Positions 1 to 7,404 of a stretch of DNA of 20,000 bases are shown one piece after another. Position numbers and translations under genes: made by a program. The first letter of the stretch is position 1. Each line of letters starts with the position of its first letter. The notes beneath the pieces were generated by a model. The model was given only the letters and a program-made list of their open reading frames with translations. It was not told the origin of the DNA and searched no databases. The stretch is from an uncultured virus (IMG/VR IMGVR_UViG_3300013132_000038) (taxonomy: Duplodnaviria > Heunggongvirae > Uroviricota > Caudoviricetes), in the IMG/VR virus record IMGVR_UViG_3300013132_000038; one strand, given 5' to 3'.

Positions 1-1
1 A

Positions 2-430
2 AAATATGCTAAATATGTAAATAAAGGTAGAGACCTGTTTTGGAATTTTTATCACACTAACTTTTGGGAAGAAATAGAAGAAGTAGTAGACAATGAGGCT
101 TTTCTTTACACAACGTTTAAAGGAGGATGGGCAGGAGCATGCGATTTTGTTTATAGAAATAAGGAGAACTATTTAATAGTTGACGATTTTAAATCATCTA
201 CATCACTTAAGGAAGAGGGTGATATATTAAGTTATAAATTACAGATAGCTGCATATATGTTCATGTGTGCTGAAAAATATAACGAAATTCCTAAATTGGG
301 CAGAATTAGAATTGCTAATGAACAAACTTCTGATATACAAACATTTATTGTCCATGACTACGAATTGAAGGATTATTTAGCACAATTTATAGATCTTGCT
401 AAAAAATTCAGAGAAATCCACAGTATATAA
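2..430 (+). CDS. PD-(D/E)XK (RecB/Cas4-like) phage exonuclease, 5'-truncated by window edge
   Basis: Not in the ORF track; manual translation of frame 2 is open to TAA at 428-430: ...EAFLYTTFKGGWAGACDFVYRNKENYLIVDDFKSS...YKLQIAAYMFM..., containing the G-x-x-D, D-F-K and Q-x-x-x-Y motifs of RecB-family nucleases. Confidence 0.8.
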   Translation, partial: KYAKYVNKGRDLFWNFYHTNFWEEIEEVVDNEAFLYTTFKGGWAGACDFVYRNKENYLIVDDFKSSTSLKEEGDILSYKLQIAAYMFMCAEKYNEIPKLGRIRIANEQTSDIQTFIVHDYELKDYLAQFIDLAKKFREIHSI

Positions 431-472
431 GAAACTTATCAATTATTAATCACTATAAAATAAAAAATAAAA

Positions 473-970
473 ATGGCAAATAAAAAATCAGAATCAGTAA
501 TGGAAGCTCAAAATGAAGCAGTACTTGAAAAATTTATTAGTAATGTTGATACTGAAAAAGTAGATTCCATTAAAAAAGACTTAGAAAATTATAAAAGCAG
601 TCTGAAGGACAAAGAATATGCTGTCTCTATGAGCAAAGAACTTTTAAGAAGATTCCAGAGGTTCATGAACGAGGAAGTAGAGTGGAGATCTAAAGAAGCC
701 CTTGGTGTTATTGAAATTCTAAAAAGAATAGAGGCGGTAAAAAAAGAAGGTATCAAAGATGGTGTGGCATATTTTACAAACCTTGAAATTGAAGCCTCTC
801 ATTATTTTTTAATGAAATGGAGCAGCAAAGGATCATCAGACATTAACGACTTTATTTCACTATGGAAAACGTTTGAAGAGAGTCTTACACTAATTCAGCA
901 AGATAATATTGTTCTTAAGGATCTAGAAAAACAACTAGCTGCAGCAGAGCAAGGAATTGAACTGGAATAA
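473..970 (+). CDS. hypothetical protein (helical, charged)
   Basis: 165-aa ORF with A-rich leader, followed by a terminator; no recognisable motif. Confidence 0.75.
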   Translation: MANKKSESVMEAQNEAVLEKFISNVDTEKVDSIKKDLENYKSSLKDKEYAVSMSKELLRRFQRFMNEEVEWRSKEALGVIEILKRIEAVKKEGIKDGVAYFTNLEIEASHYFLMKWSSKGSSDINDFISLWKTFEESLTLIQQDNIVLKDLEKQLAAAEQGIELE

Positions 971-987
971 AAAACCATAAAATAGAT

Positions 988-1019
988 AAAAAGACCAGGA
1001 TTACACCTGGTCTTTTTTT
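988..1019 (+). terminator. intrinsic terminator, possibly bidirectional
   Basis: AAAAAGACCAGG-ATTACA-CCTGGTCTTTTTTT: perfect inverted repeat with a 6-nt loop, U-tract on the 3' side and A-tract on the 5' side. Confidence 0.85.
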
Positions 1020-1022
1020 GTG

Positions 1023-1030
1023 GATATATA
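1023..1030 (+). promoter_or_regulatory. candidate late promoter GATATATA
   Basis: Same motif recurs at 3377, 7377 and 15687 (GATAAATA at 18643 and 2130); lies directly after the terminator and 7 nt before ATG 1038. Confidence 0.5.
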
Positions 1031-1037
1031 CTTAAGT

Positions 1038-2270
1038 ATGAAAAATAAATTATTACCTTGGATAATAGCATTATCTGCTTTATCTGTTTCTGGATCGGCT
1101 GCTTTTTATTCAGTATCTGGCTTGGGTAAAATGTTTGCCGGAGCATCTTTACAGGTTATGGTTTTAGCCGGAAGTTTAGAATTTGCAAAACTAGTTACTG
1201 CTTCCCTCCTATATCAATATTGGAGAAAGCTTAATTTGGGACTAAAGGTTTATCTTTCCTTAGCAACTGTTATATTAATAATTATAACATCTGCTGGTAT
1301 ATATGGGTTTCTATCTTCAGCTTACCAAGAAACATCATTCAAAGTTCAAAACCAGGATAAAAATATAGAGATTCTGGATAAAAATATTTCCATAATACAG
1401 ACCGAAATAAAGAACTTCGAATCCCAAATAAATCAAAAAAGCGACAGGTTAGGTCAGTTAACAACAATAAGGACAAATCTTCAATCGACGCAAGACGTTC
1501 TTATAGAGAAATCAAAATCAACTAATGCTGTTAGACAACAAATAAAAGAAGTCGAATCTGAAATAAAAAGAATGGATTCAGAAATATCAGTGTTAAATGA
1601 TTCAATATCATCTAAAAATACAAGAGTATCATCTATAGAACAACAAAAGTTAGGGATATCGTCCAATGCAGATCTTGCTAAGGAGGTAGGTCCTCTAAAG
1701 TATATTTCAAAATTAACAGGGAGTGACATAGACAATGTGGTTAACTGGTATATAATTGTGTTAATGCTTGTTTTTGATCCGCTAGCTATTGCTTTAGTTA
1801 TTGCAGCAAACTTTGCATTTGAGATAAATGAAAAGAGAGATAAAAAAGAGGAAGAAATGAAAGAAAAAGAAGATGGAGTGATAAAAAGACTATGGTCTAA
1901 AATAACAAGATGGAGAACTAAGAGTAAGGACACAGAAAAAGAAATTATTGTGTCTCAAGAAGTAAAAGCACCAGAAGAAGATCGGATCGATACAAATACT
2001 GATGATATAATAGCTTCTGATAATCAGTTAGATTTATTTGATACTACTCCAGAAGTCACTGTTCAAGAAGTTAAAGAAAAAGTATTGGATAATGATGATA
2101 AAAATTCAGGGAATAAAATAGAGGAACAGGATAAATATAATACTGATCAAAACAACAGCGAGAGAGTAAAAAGTAGCAGAGATAAATTCAGGGGAAATCC
2201 TGATATTAAAAGCTCTAGAGAAGGAATCAGAAATAATACAGGGGACACAAATCCCTTAAATTTAAGATGA
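1038..2270 (+). CDS. membrane protein: N-terminal TM helices, long coiled coil, further TM helix, charged tail
   Basis: Hydrophobic stretches (WIIALSALSVSGSAAFYSVSGL; LQVMVLAGSLEFAKLV; VYLSLATVILIIITSAGIYGFLS), a heptad-rich middle, then WYIIVLMLVFDPLAIALVIAA. ATG 1038 is preferred to the track's GTG 1020, which abuts the terminator U-tract. Confidence 0.75.
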   Translation: MKNKLLPWIIALSALSVSGSAAFYSVSGLGKMFAGASLQVMVLAGSLEFAKLVTASLLYQYWRKLNLGLKVYLSLATVILIIITSAGIYGFLSSAYQETSFKVQNQDKNIEILDKNISIIQTEIKNFESQINQKSDRLGQLTTIRTNLQSTQDVLIEKSKSTNAVRQQIKEVESEIKRMDSEISVLNDSISSKNTRVSSIEQQKLGISSNADLAKEVGPLKYISKLTGSDIDNVVNWYIIVLMLVFDPLAIALVIAANFAFEINEKRDKKEEEMKEKEDGVIKRLWSKITRWRTKSKDTEKEIIVSQEVKAPEEDRIDTNTDDIIASDNQLDLFDTTPEVTVQEVKEKVLDNDDKNSGNKIEEQDKYNTDQNNSERVKSSRDKFRGNPDIKSSREGIRNNTGDTNPLNLR

Positions 2271-2851
2271 TAGGAAAAGTTTATACAACAGATCAAAGGT
2301 ATGTAAAATATCTAGAATGCAATCCTGCTGTTTATAGGAGGGTTTATTTCCAGTCTTGTAATTTAGACGTAAAAGAGGGTTCGAATATTCTTACCACTGT
2401 CTCCCTCTGTGATTTTAAACTAGAATCGCTAGGAAGCTCAGAATTAGGTGGATGTGGAGGGTCTGGTAAAAAAACTGCAACTTTAGGTCCATTAGGAACA
2501 TACACGTTAACCTCTCCTGAAATCGGGCAAGCACAAGGAGAAGTGCAAATGATAGTAGTTAAAGTCAGGTATGAAAAATCATGGGTAGAAGAGGAAAGAT
2601 ATTTAAACTGGGAATACAAAGGAAACATATATCCTTTGCACACCTTGATGGTGCTAACCGGAAGAACTGAGGCAGAAATACCATGGCAAGGATGGGATCT
2701 TAGCTATTATTCAAATAACCCACCTAGCCCAGATTTTAGTCCTCAGCCATACCCAGTAATAACTTCGCCTAATCTTTCTTTTGGGGGAATACTTTTCAGC
2801 AATCCCAATGATTCAAAAAGTGCTGAACTAGAAATATTTATTTTTAACTAA
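2267..2851 (+). CDS. hypothetical beta-rich protein, paralog A (possibly virion structural)
   Basis: 194-aa ORF; ATGA overlap with upstream gene; colinear similarity to the next ORF. Confidence 0.75.
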   Translation: MIGKVYTTDQRYVKYLECNPAVYRRVYFQSCNLDVKEGSNILTTVSLCDFKLESLGSSELGGCGGSGKKTATLGPLGTYTLTSPEIGQAQGEVQMIVVKVRYEKSWVEEERYLNWEYKGNIYPLHTLMVLTGRTEAEIPWQGWDLSYYSNNPPSPDFSPQPYPVITSPNLSFGGILFSNPNDSKSAELEIFIFN

Positions 2852-3342
2852 TGGCTACACCACCCCTAGTATGTGATCCAATCCAATTTGAAGGAGCTAT
2901 TTTTCAAAGATGTAATCTTCAGGTTATTAGAGGAACAACTGTTATTAAAGAGATGAGCCTCTGTGATACAATCATCGAAATTGGAAATTACTCAAGTTTT
3001 AGTGGATGTGTGTACGGAAATTCAAGTCTAGTTTTAAACTCTGAGGGAATGGGGGAACTCTGTTTTATAATGATTAAAGCATCATATCCTACTACACTAC
3101 CAGTTTCTAGTAGATTTATAAACATAATATACAATGGTGCATACCTTCCTATGTCAAATCTTACTATATTAACAGGAAATCCTTCCGATTTATCACCATA
3201 TACGAATAACAGGGGATGGGACTTAGATCCGAACGGTAGCGACATAGAATCGCCATTTTTTAGCAATGGAGGGATGATTCTTTATAATCCGCATTCGGTT
3301 AGAGTAAACGTGGATGTTATTTTAGGCGGGAGTATTCAATGA
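2851..3342 (+). CDS. hypothetical beta-rich protein, paralog B
   Basis: 163-aa ORF; TAATG overlap; shares FQxCNL, SLCD, LTG, GWDL and GG-x-x-x-x-NP motifs with 2267..2851. Confidence 0.75.
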   Translation: MATPPLVCDPIQFEGAIFQRCNLQVIRGTTVIKEMSLCDTIIEIGNYSSFSGCVYGNSSLVLNSEGMGELCFIMIKASYPTTLPVSSRFINIIYNGAYLPMSNLTILTGNPSDLSPYTNNRGWDLDPNGSDIESPFFSNGGMILYNPHSVRVNVDVILGGSIQ

Positions 3343-3376
3343 GAGATAAAAATACATAGAAAGTTTAATTAAGTAA

Positions 3377-3384
3377 GATATATA
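3377..3384 (+). promoter_or_regulatory. candidate late promoter GATATATA
   Basis: Intergenic; motif starts 27 nt before ATG 3404. Confidence 0.55.
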
Positions 3385-3403
3385 CTAAAAAAGCGAATAA
3401 CAA

Positions 3404-5722
3404 ATGGAAAAAAATATTAATCCAGAGATCAATAGATTAAATATGGAGACTTCTAGAAACGCAGCAGATTCTCTTAGAGAATGGGCTGGTTTAGGATCAG
3501 AAAAAAAACCTGTTGCATCTACTTTCCTTGGCGGATCAACAGCTCAAATGCTTAAAGAATCGCAAAACTTTGATATTTCAGGACGATCTAAAAGTAACGT
3601 TGTTTTTAGTTTTGGACTAATCAATACTGTTTCTGCCTTAAAAAATTCTTCATTAGGGGATCTTCCTGCAGGTAAGATCCTTCTCGAAAAATATGAGCAC
3701 CTATTATTAGGAAAAGGTATTTCAGAAGCTTTTATAATTGAAGGACTTTTAAATGATCTTAAATCTTTCTCCTGGGAAAATTCAGTAGCTCCAGTTTTAG
3801 AAAATTTAGAAAGGATCTTTGAAAACAGAAGAAGAGAAATAGAGGTTGTTAAAGCATACGAATCTATTAAAAATGCACCAGGAAGAGAACTTTTTTCTGA
3901 TGCTACTGGGCAAATGAAAAATTGGTTACTTGCAGAGAACAAATCAAGCGATACTCTTATACATGGACTTAAAAGCTTTGGATTTAATCCAATGGTTAGA
4001 AATTTAGTTAGCTTTTTATCTCTTTATGAAAACGATAACAGCGGTAAATTCCATGTGGGATTTGATAATAATGTTTGTAAAATAGATAATCTTTACTCGC
4101 CAATATCAGTTAGTGAAAGCGAAACATTATTTTATTCTTCTGGTAAATTTTTAAAGATAGAACACGAATCGGGAATTATCCAAGAATGTAACATTGACGA
4201 GATCCCAGACGAACTTGCAGATAAGGCTCAAATAGTTAGCGATAGAGACGTAAAAATTGAAGACAATAAGATTTCATTAAACATTGGAAACAACAAGGTA
4301 GAGATCACATTTACAAACGAATCTAAAGAGATTTATTTTGATGGTAAAAGAATAAACGAAGAGGATCTTCCAGTTGCAGTTAGTGTTAGTACTAACAATC
4401 TTTTAGAAAGCTCTAATCATAAGATTAATAAAGCAGTTTTCGTAGCTAAATCTGCTGAGGAAATCGTTGATATAGATTTTGGTAAAAAAATAAGATCTAA
4501 AGTATACGAAAACGTAGAGGTTAATCTATTTAAAACAGAAGCTGGTATTTATGTTCAAACTGTTAATCCAGCTATGAGATTAAATAAAATCTACGAGGCA
4601 AATGCAACTCAAGCAATTAAAATTGTTAAGGATTTTATTAAATATGACATCTCTGAATCTTTAACAGAATTCTTAGAAGGAGAACAAGCTTTCTTAAGCG
4701 TAATGAAAAACGACAAGAACGAGATAGTTAAAAACGTAGAGATTCTAGAAAACCAGCTTAGAAAATTAGATATAGCTAAAAGAGAAAATCCTTTACTTGC
4801 TAACTCAGAAGAACTTATCACATTAGAAGAAGGTATTCATAATGAGATTTCAGCTCTTCAAGACAGATGGAATCAAATTAACCTTGAGATCTCTAGATTT
4901 GAAAACAGAGCAAAAGAGGTTCCTTCGGTTAATGAAGATTTAGGTTATCCAATCGATACTGAGGTTAGAATTAAAAGAAACGGAAATAAAGGAAGAGTGA
5001 TTGGAGTAGACGGAAGCTCTAAAACTTATACTATTCTTTTTAAGGAAGGTAAAACTGGAGAATACTTTTTCTCCGATGTAGAAGACTTAGACGATGAGAT
5101 TGACCGATATGACATTAAAGCACCAGATCTTGATTTAGAATACACTAACGAGTCTAATCAAAACTTTGCTAATGCTCCAGGCAACAGAGGCGGATCACAC
5201 AAAGATTCTAGAATAGAAGCTCTTTCCAAAAAACACATGGCACATGCTCCAGACAAAAAAACTGGATCTTCGTCTAAGTTTATAAACAACGAGAAAGGAA
5301 CTATGGCAGGTTTACCTAAGAGTGGTAAATCAGCTCCATTAACAGGAAGAGGAGTTAATTCTAAATCTGCTAATATGGCAGATCTTCCTAGCAAAGGAAA
5401 AGGAGGAAGCGGTAAAAAATTCATAGACAATCTAGAAAATTTAGATCTTGCTAAAGCACCGAGTGCTTCTTTAAAAGGGTCTGCTAAATTTATTCAGGAT
5501 CTTAAGAATATGAATTTAGCTACTCTTAAGGAGAGCCAAAAGAATTCACACGTAGAAAAGGCACCTAAAGGTAAATCTGAAAAGTCTAAGAAATTTATCG
5601 AAGACGAAGACGATTTTAACTTTGCAGATGCTCACGGAAACAGCAAAAAGAATGGAAAAAGATTTGCAGAAAATGACAAAGTAGCAAATCTTTCATCTGC
5701 ACCGAAGACAAAAAAAAAGTAA
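3404..5722 (+). CDS. large hypothetical protein, probable head/internal protein with coiled coil, SH3/KOW-like domain and basic C-terminal repeats
   Basis: 772-aa ORF upstream of head genes; coiled coil followed by YPIDTEVRIKRNGNKGRVIGVDGSSKTYTILF (SH3/KOW-like by eye) and repeated AxAP...KFI units. Function is inference. Confidence 0.6.
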   Translation: MEKNINPEINRLNMETSRNAADSLREWAGLGSEKKPVASTFLGGSTAQMLKESQNFDISGRSKSNVVFSFGLINTVSALKNSSLGDLPAGKILLEKYEHLLLGKGISEAFIIEGLLNDLKSFSWENSVAPVLENLERIFENRRREIEVVKAYESIKNAPGRELFSDATGQMKNWLLAENKSSDTLIHGLKSFGFNPMVRNLVSFLSLYENDNSGKFHVGFDNNVCKIDNLYSPISVSESETLFYSSGKFLKIEHESGIIQECNIDEIPDELADKAQIVSDRDVKIEDNKISLNIGNNKVEITFTNESKEIYFDGKRINEEDLPVAVSVSTNNLLESSNHKINKAVFVAKSAEEIVDIDFGKKIRSKVYENVEVNLFKTEAGIYVQTVNPAMRLNKIYEANATQAIKIVKDFIKYDISESLTEFLEGEQAFLSVMKNDKNEIVKNVEILENQLRKLDIAKRENPLLANSEELITLEEGIHNEISALQDRWNQINLEISRFENRAKEVPSVNEDLGYPIDTEVRIKRNGNKGRVIGVDGSSKTYTILFKEGKTGEYFFSDVEDLDDEIDRYDIKAPDLDLEYTNESNQNFANAPGNRGGSHKDSRIEALSKKHMAHAPDKKTGSSSKFINNEKGTMAGLPKSGKSAPLTGRGVNSKSANMADLPSKGKGGSGKKFIDNLENLDLAKAPSASLKGSAKFIQDLKNMNLATLKESQKNSHVEKAPKGKSEKSKKFIEDEDDFNFADAHGNSKKNGKRFAENDKVANLSSAPKTKKK
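5713..5719 (+). other. slippery heptamer A_AAA_AAG (candidate -1 ribosomal frameshift site)
   Basis: In-frame codons ACA AAA AAA AAG TAA (5708-5722); X_XXY_YYZ pattern in the correct phase, as in E. coli dnaX and IS3-family elements. Confidence 0.65.
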
Positions 5723-5970
5723 ATAGACAATCAATAAGTGAGTCTATTGCCAAAGACCCAGACGAGGGAGTTGGTAATAGACTCAATTTTGTTTTAGATG
5801 ATTTGAAAAATTGTCTGGAAAAAATAAAAGAATTAGAAACTTCTAGTGAAGAAAACGGTAAGATAGGTATAGACACAATTAGAAATTCGAGGAAAAATTT
5901 GGAAGAATTAAGGGTTAATTTAGAACAACAAATAGAAAAGCTCCAAAATAATATCCCCGAACAAGAATGA
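5719..5970 (+). CDS. ATG-less -1 frame extension (83 aa, coiled-coil-like) of the 772-aa gene
   Basis: Frame is open 5677-5970 with no ATG: VNRQSISESIAKDPDEGVGNRLNFVLDDLKNCLEKIKELETSSEENGKIGIDTIRNSRKNLEELRVNLEQQIEKLQNNIPEQE*. It fills the whole gap, and its TGA overlaps the next ATG. Confidence 0.6.
   Translation, partial: VNRQSISESIAKDPDEGVGNRLNFVLDDLKNCLEKIKELETSSEENGKIGIDTIRNSRKNLEELRVNLEQQIEKLQNNIPEQE
5739..5785 (+). other. RNA hairpin, 15-bp stem
   Basis: TGAGTCTATTGCCAA (5739-5753) pairs with TTGGTAATAGACTCA (5771-5785) with one G-U pair; the loop also holds CCC/GGG; followed by ATTTTGTTTT. Confidence 0.75.
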
Positions 5971-6323
5971 TATACGTAAAAAACAAAGAGCTAAAAAGAG
6001 CTCTTCTTGAAAGCAAAGAAAAAGGTCAATTAACTGACGAGACCGTTAAAATGTTTACTCTTATAGTAAACGGTATGTCCAAGACACATTCCTATAGAGA
6101 TAACGAAGACAGAGAAGATTGTATATCTTCCGGACTAGAAGACTTAGTTAAATACTGGAATCGCTATGATCCCGCTAAATCTGATAATCCTTTTGCCTTT
6201 ATATCTCAGATAGCACACAATGGAATGAAGAAGGGATGGAAAAAAATACATCCGCCAAAATCACCTAAGACTATTCCATTTTCGAGAATAGTTAAGGAAG
6301 AGAATTCCAATTATAATGTATAA
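5967..6323 (+). CDS. gp55: T4 gp55-like late transcription sigma factor (short)
   Basis: YVKNKEL...LIVNGMSK...EDCISSGLEDLVKYWNRYDPAKSDNPFAFISQIAHN matches the gp55 pattern YVNNKEL...DMIxDGIE...NFDxxKxxNPxAYxTQ. Confidence 0.8.
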   Translation: MIYVKNKELKRALLESKEKGQLTDETVKMFTLIVNGMSKTHSYRDNEDREDCISSGLEDLVKYWNRYDPAKSDNPFAFISQIAHNGMKKGWKKIHPPKSPKTIPFSRIVKEENSNYNV

Positions 6324-6325
6324 GT

Positions 6326-6811
6326 GTGGATATAAAAAAGCTAAAGCCCAACGGTAAATGGGATTCTGGTAAATATTCTCCAGTTAATCCGGAAAAATAT
6401 ATTGGGGATATACATAGTATAATTTATAGAAGCTCTTGGGAAAGAAAGTTTTGTCAGTATTGCGACATTAATCCAAACATAACTAAATGGAGTTCAGAGC
6501 CCACTAGTATTCCGTATTGGTCTCCTATCGACAAGAAAGAGCACAAATATTTTGTAGATTATTACATTCAAGTAAAAAAAGAGGATGTATTTGAAAACTG
6601 GTTAATTGAAATAAAGCCAGAGGACCAATATGCTCTACATAAGAGACCTAAAGAACCAGTAGGAAATCTAACAGAGAAAAAAATAAGGTCTTATAACGAT
6701 AAACTTAAAACCTGGATAACAAATAGGGCTAAGTTTGAAGCGGCAACAAGATTTGCTGAATCTAGAGGATATAAATTTGGGGCTATCAACGAAAGCTTTA
6801 TATTGAGATGA
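6326..6811 (+). CDS. gp4: T4 gp4-like head completion nuclease (TnsA-like fold)
   Basis: GKYSPVNPEKYIGD...IIYRSSWERKF...WSSE...IPYWSPID...YFVDY...IEIKP: characteristic gp4 motifs; GTG start. Confidence 0.88.
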   Translation: MDIKKLKPNGKWDSGKYSPVNPEKYIGDIHSIIYRSSWERKFCQYCDINPNITKWSSEPTSIPYWSPIDKKEHKYFVDYYIQVKKEDVFENWLIEIKPEDQYALHKRPKEPVGNLTEKKIRSYNDKLKTWITNRAKFEAATRFAESRGYKFGAINESFILR

Positions 6812-7404
6812 TGCAGCCATTTAGAAAAAGCTTCGAGGAATATAAACTTTCAGTTTCAGGTTTATCCTCTCTCCGGGAAGAAGCTTTTATGCACTGGGTA
6901 AAAAATTACATCAATAAGAATTCACAGTTTAATCCCCTAAATTTTTTACAAGGAAAAGTTTACTCCTTTGCTTATAATGATAAATTAGAACATGGAAAAA
7001 AATTCATAAACAAAAGACCTGTAATTTTTTTTACAGGATATGATAATTATGAGAAAAAAAATCTATTCAATGGACTAGATCTTGTTTTAATCTCCCCTAT
7101 TTTTAGACTATCTTTTTTTGAAAGACTGCAAAGTGTATTCCATGATCAGATAGAAAGAAACTTAAAAAAAGAAGAAAATGGGGAGGGAAGAGATCAAGTT
7201 CCACTTAGGACGGAGTATCAAATAATGGAAACAATCCTTAAGGGTATTCCCTATAAACATGCCTACAGATCATGGGATTTAAAAAAAGTTAGGGATGTTA
7301 TGGAAATTCCTTTTGAAGATTGGACTAGAATAGTATATCTGGATACTCGATCAATTGAAGGGACCCAGTTAAATGAGATATATAATAAAAATTCACAAGT
7401 CTAA
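6808..7404 (+). CDS. gp2: T4 gp2-like DNA end protector protein
   Basis: GKVYSFAY...RPVIFF...FNGLDL...P..RL...HAYRSW...IPFEDW pattern, and adjacency to gp4. Confidence 0.65.
   Translation: MMQPFRKSFEEYKLSVSGLSSLREEAFMHWVKNYINKNSQFNPLNFLQGKVYSFAYNDKLEHGKKFINKRPVIFFTGYDNYEKKNLFNGLDLVLISPIFRLSFFERLQSVFHDQIERNLKKEENGEGRDQVPLRTEYQIMETILKGIPYKHAYRSWDLKKVRDVMEIPFEDWTRIVYLDTRSIEGTQLNEIYNKNSQV
7377..7384 (+). promoter_or_regulatory. candidate late promoter GATATATA
   Basis: Inside the 3' end of the gp2-like gene; starts 27 nt before portal ATG 7404, the same offset as at 3377. Confidence 0.55.

Noticed and set aside
2..430. Cas4 as part of a CRISPR system
   Set aside because: No C-terminal Fe-S cysteine cluster, no cas genes and no array in the window; a stand-alone phage nuclease is more likely.
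5616..5876. 86-aa minus-strand ORF across the frameshift region
   Set aside because: Overlaps the 772-aa gene antisense, opposes the uniform + strand organisation and looks like the reverse of a Lys/Glu-rich frame; the + strand -1 frame explains the gap better.
6326..6811. TnsA-like transposase / mobile element
   Set aside because: The TnsA-like fold is expected for gp4; motifs and position next to gp2 and portal indicate a head completion protein, and no other Tn7 genes are present.
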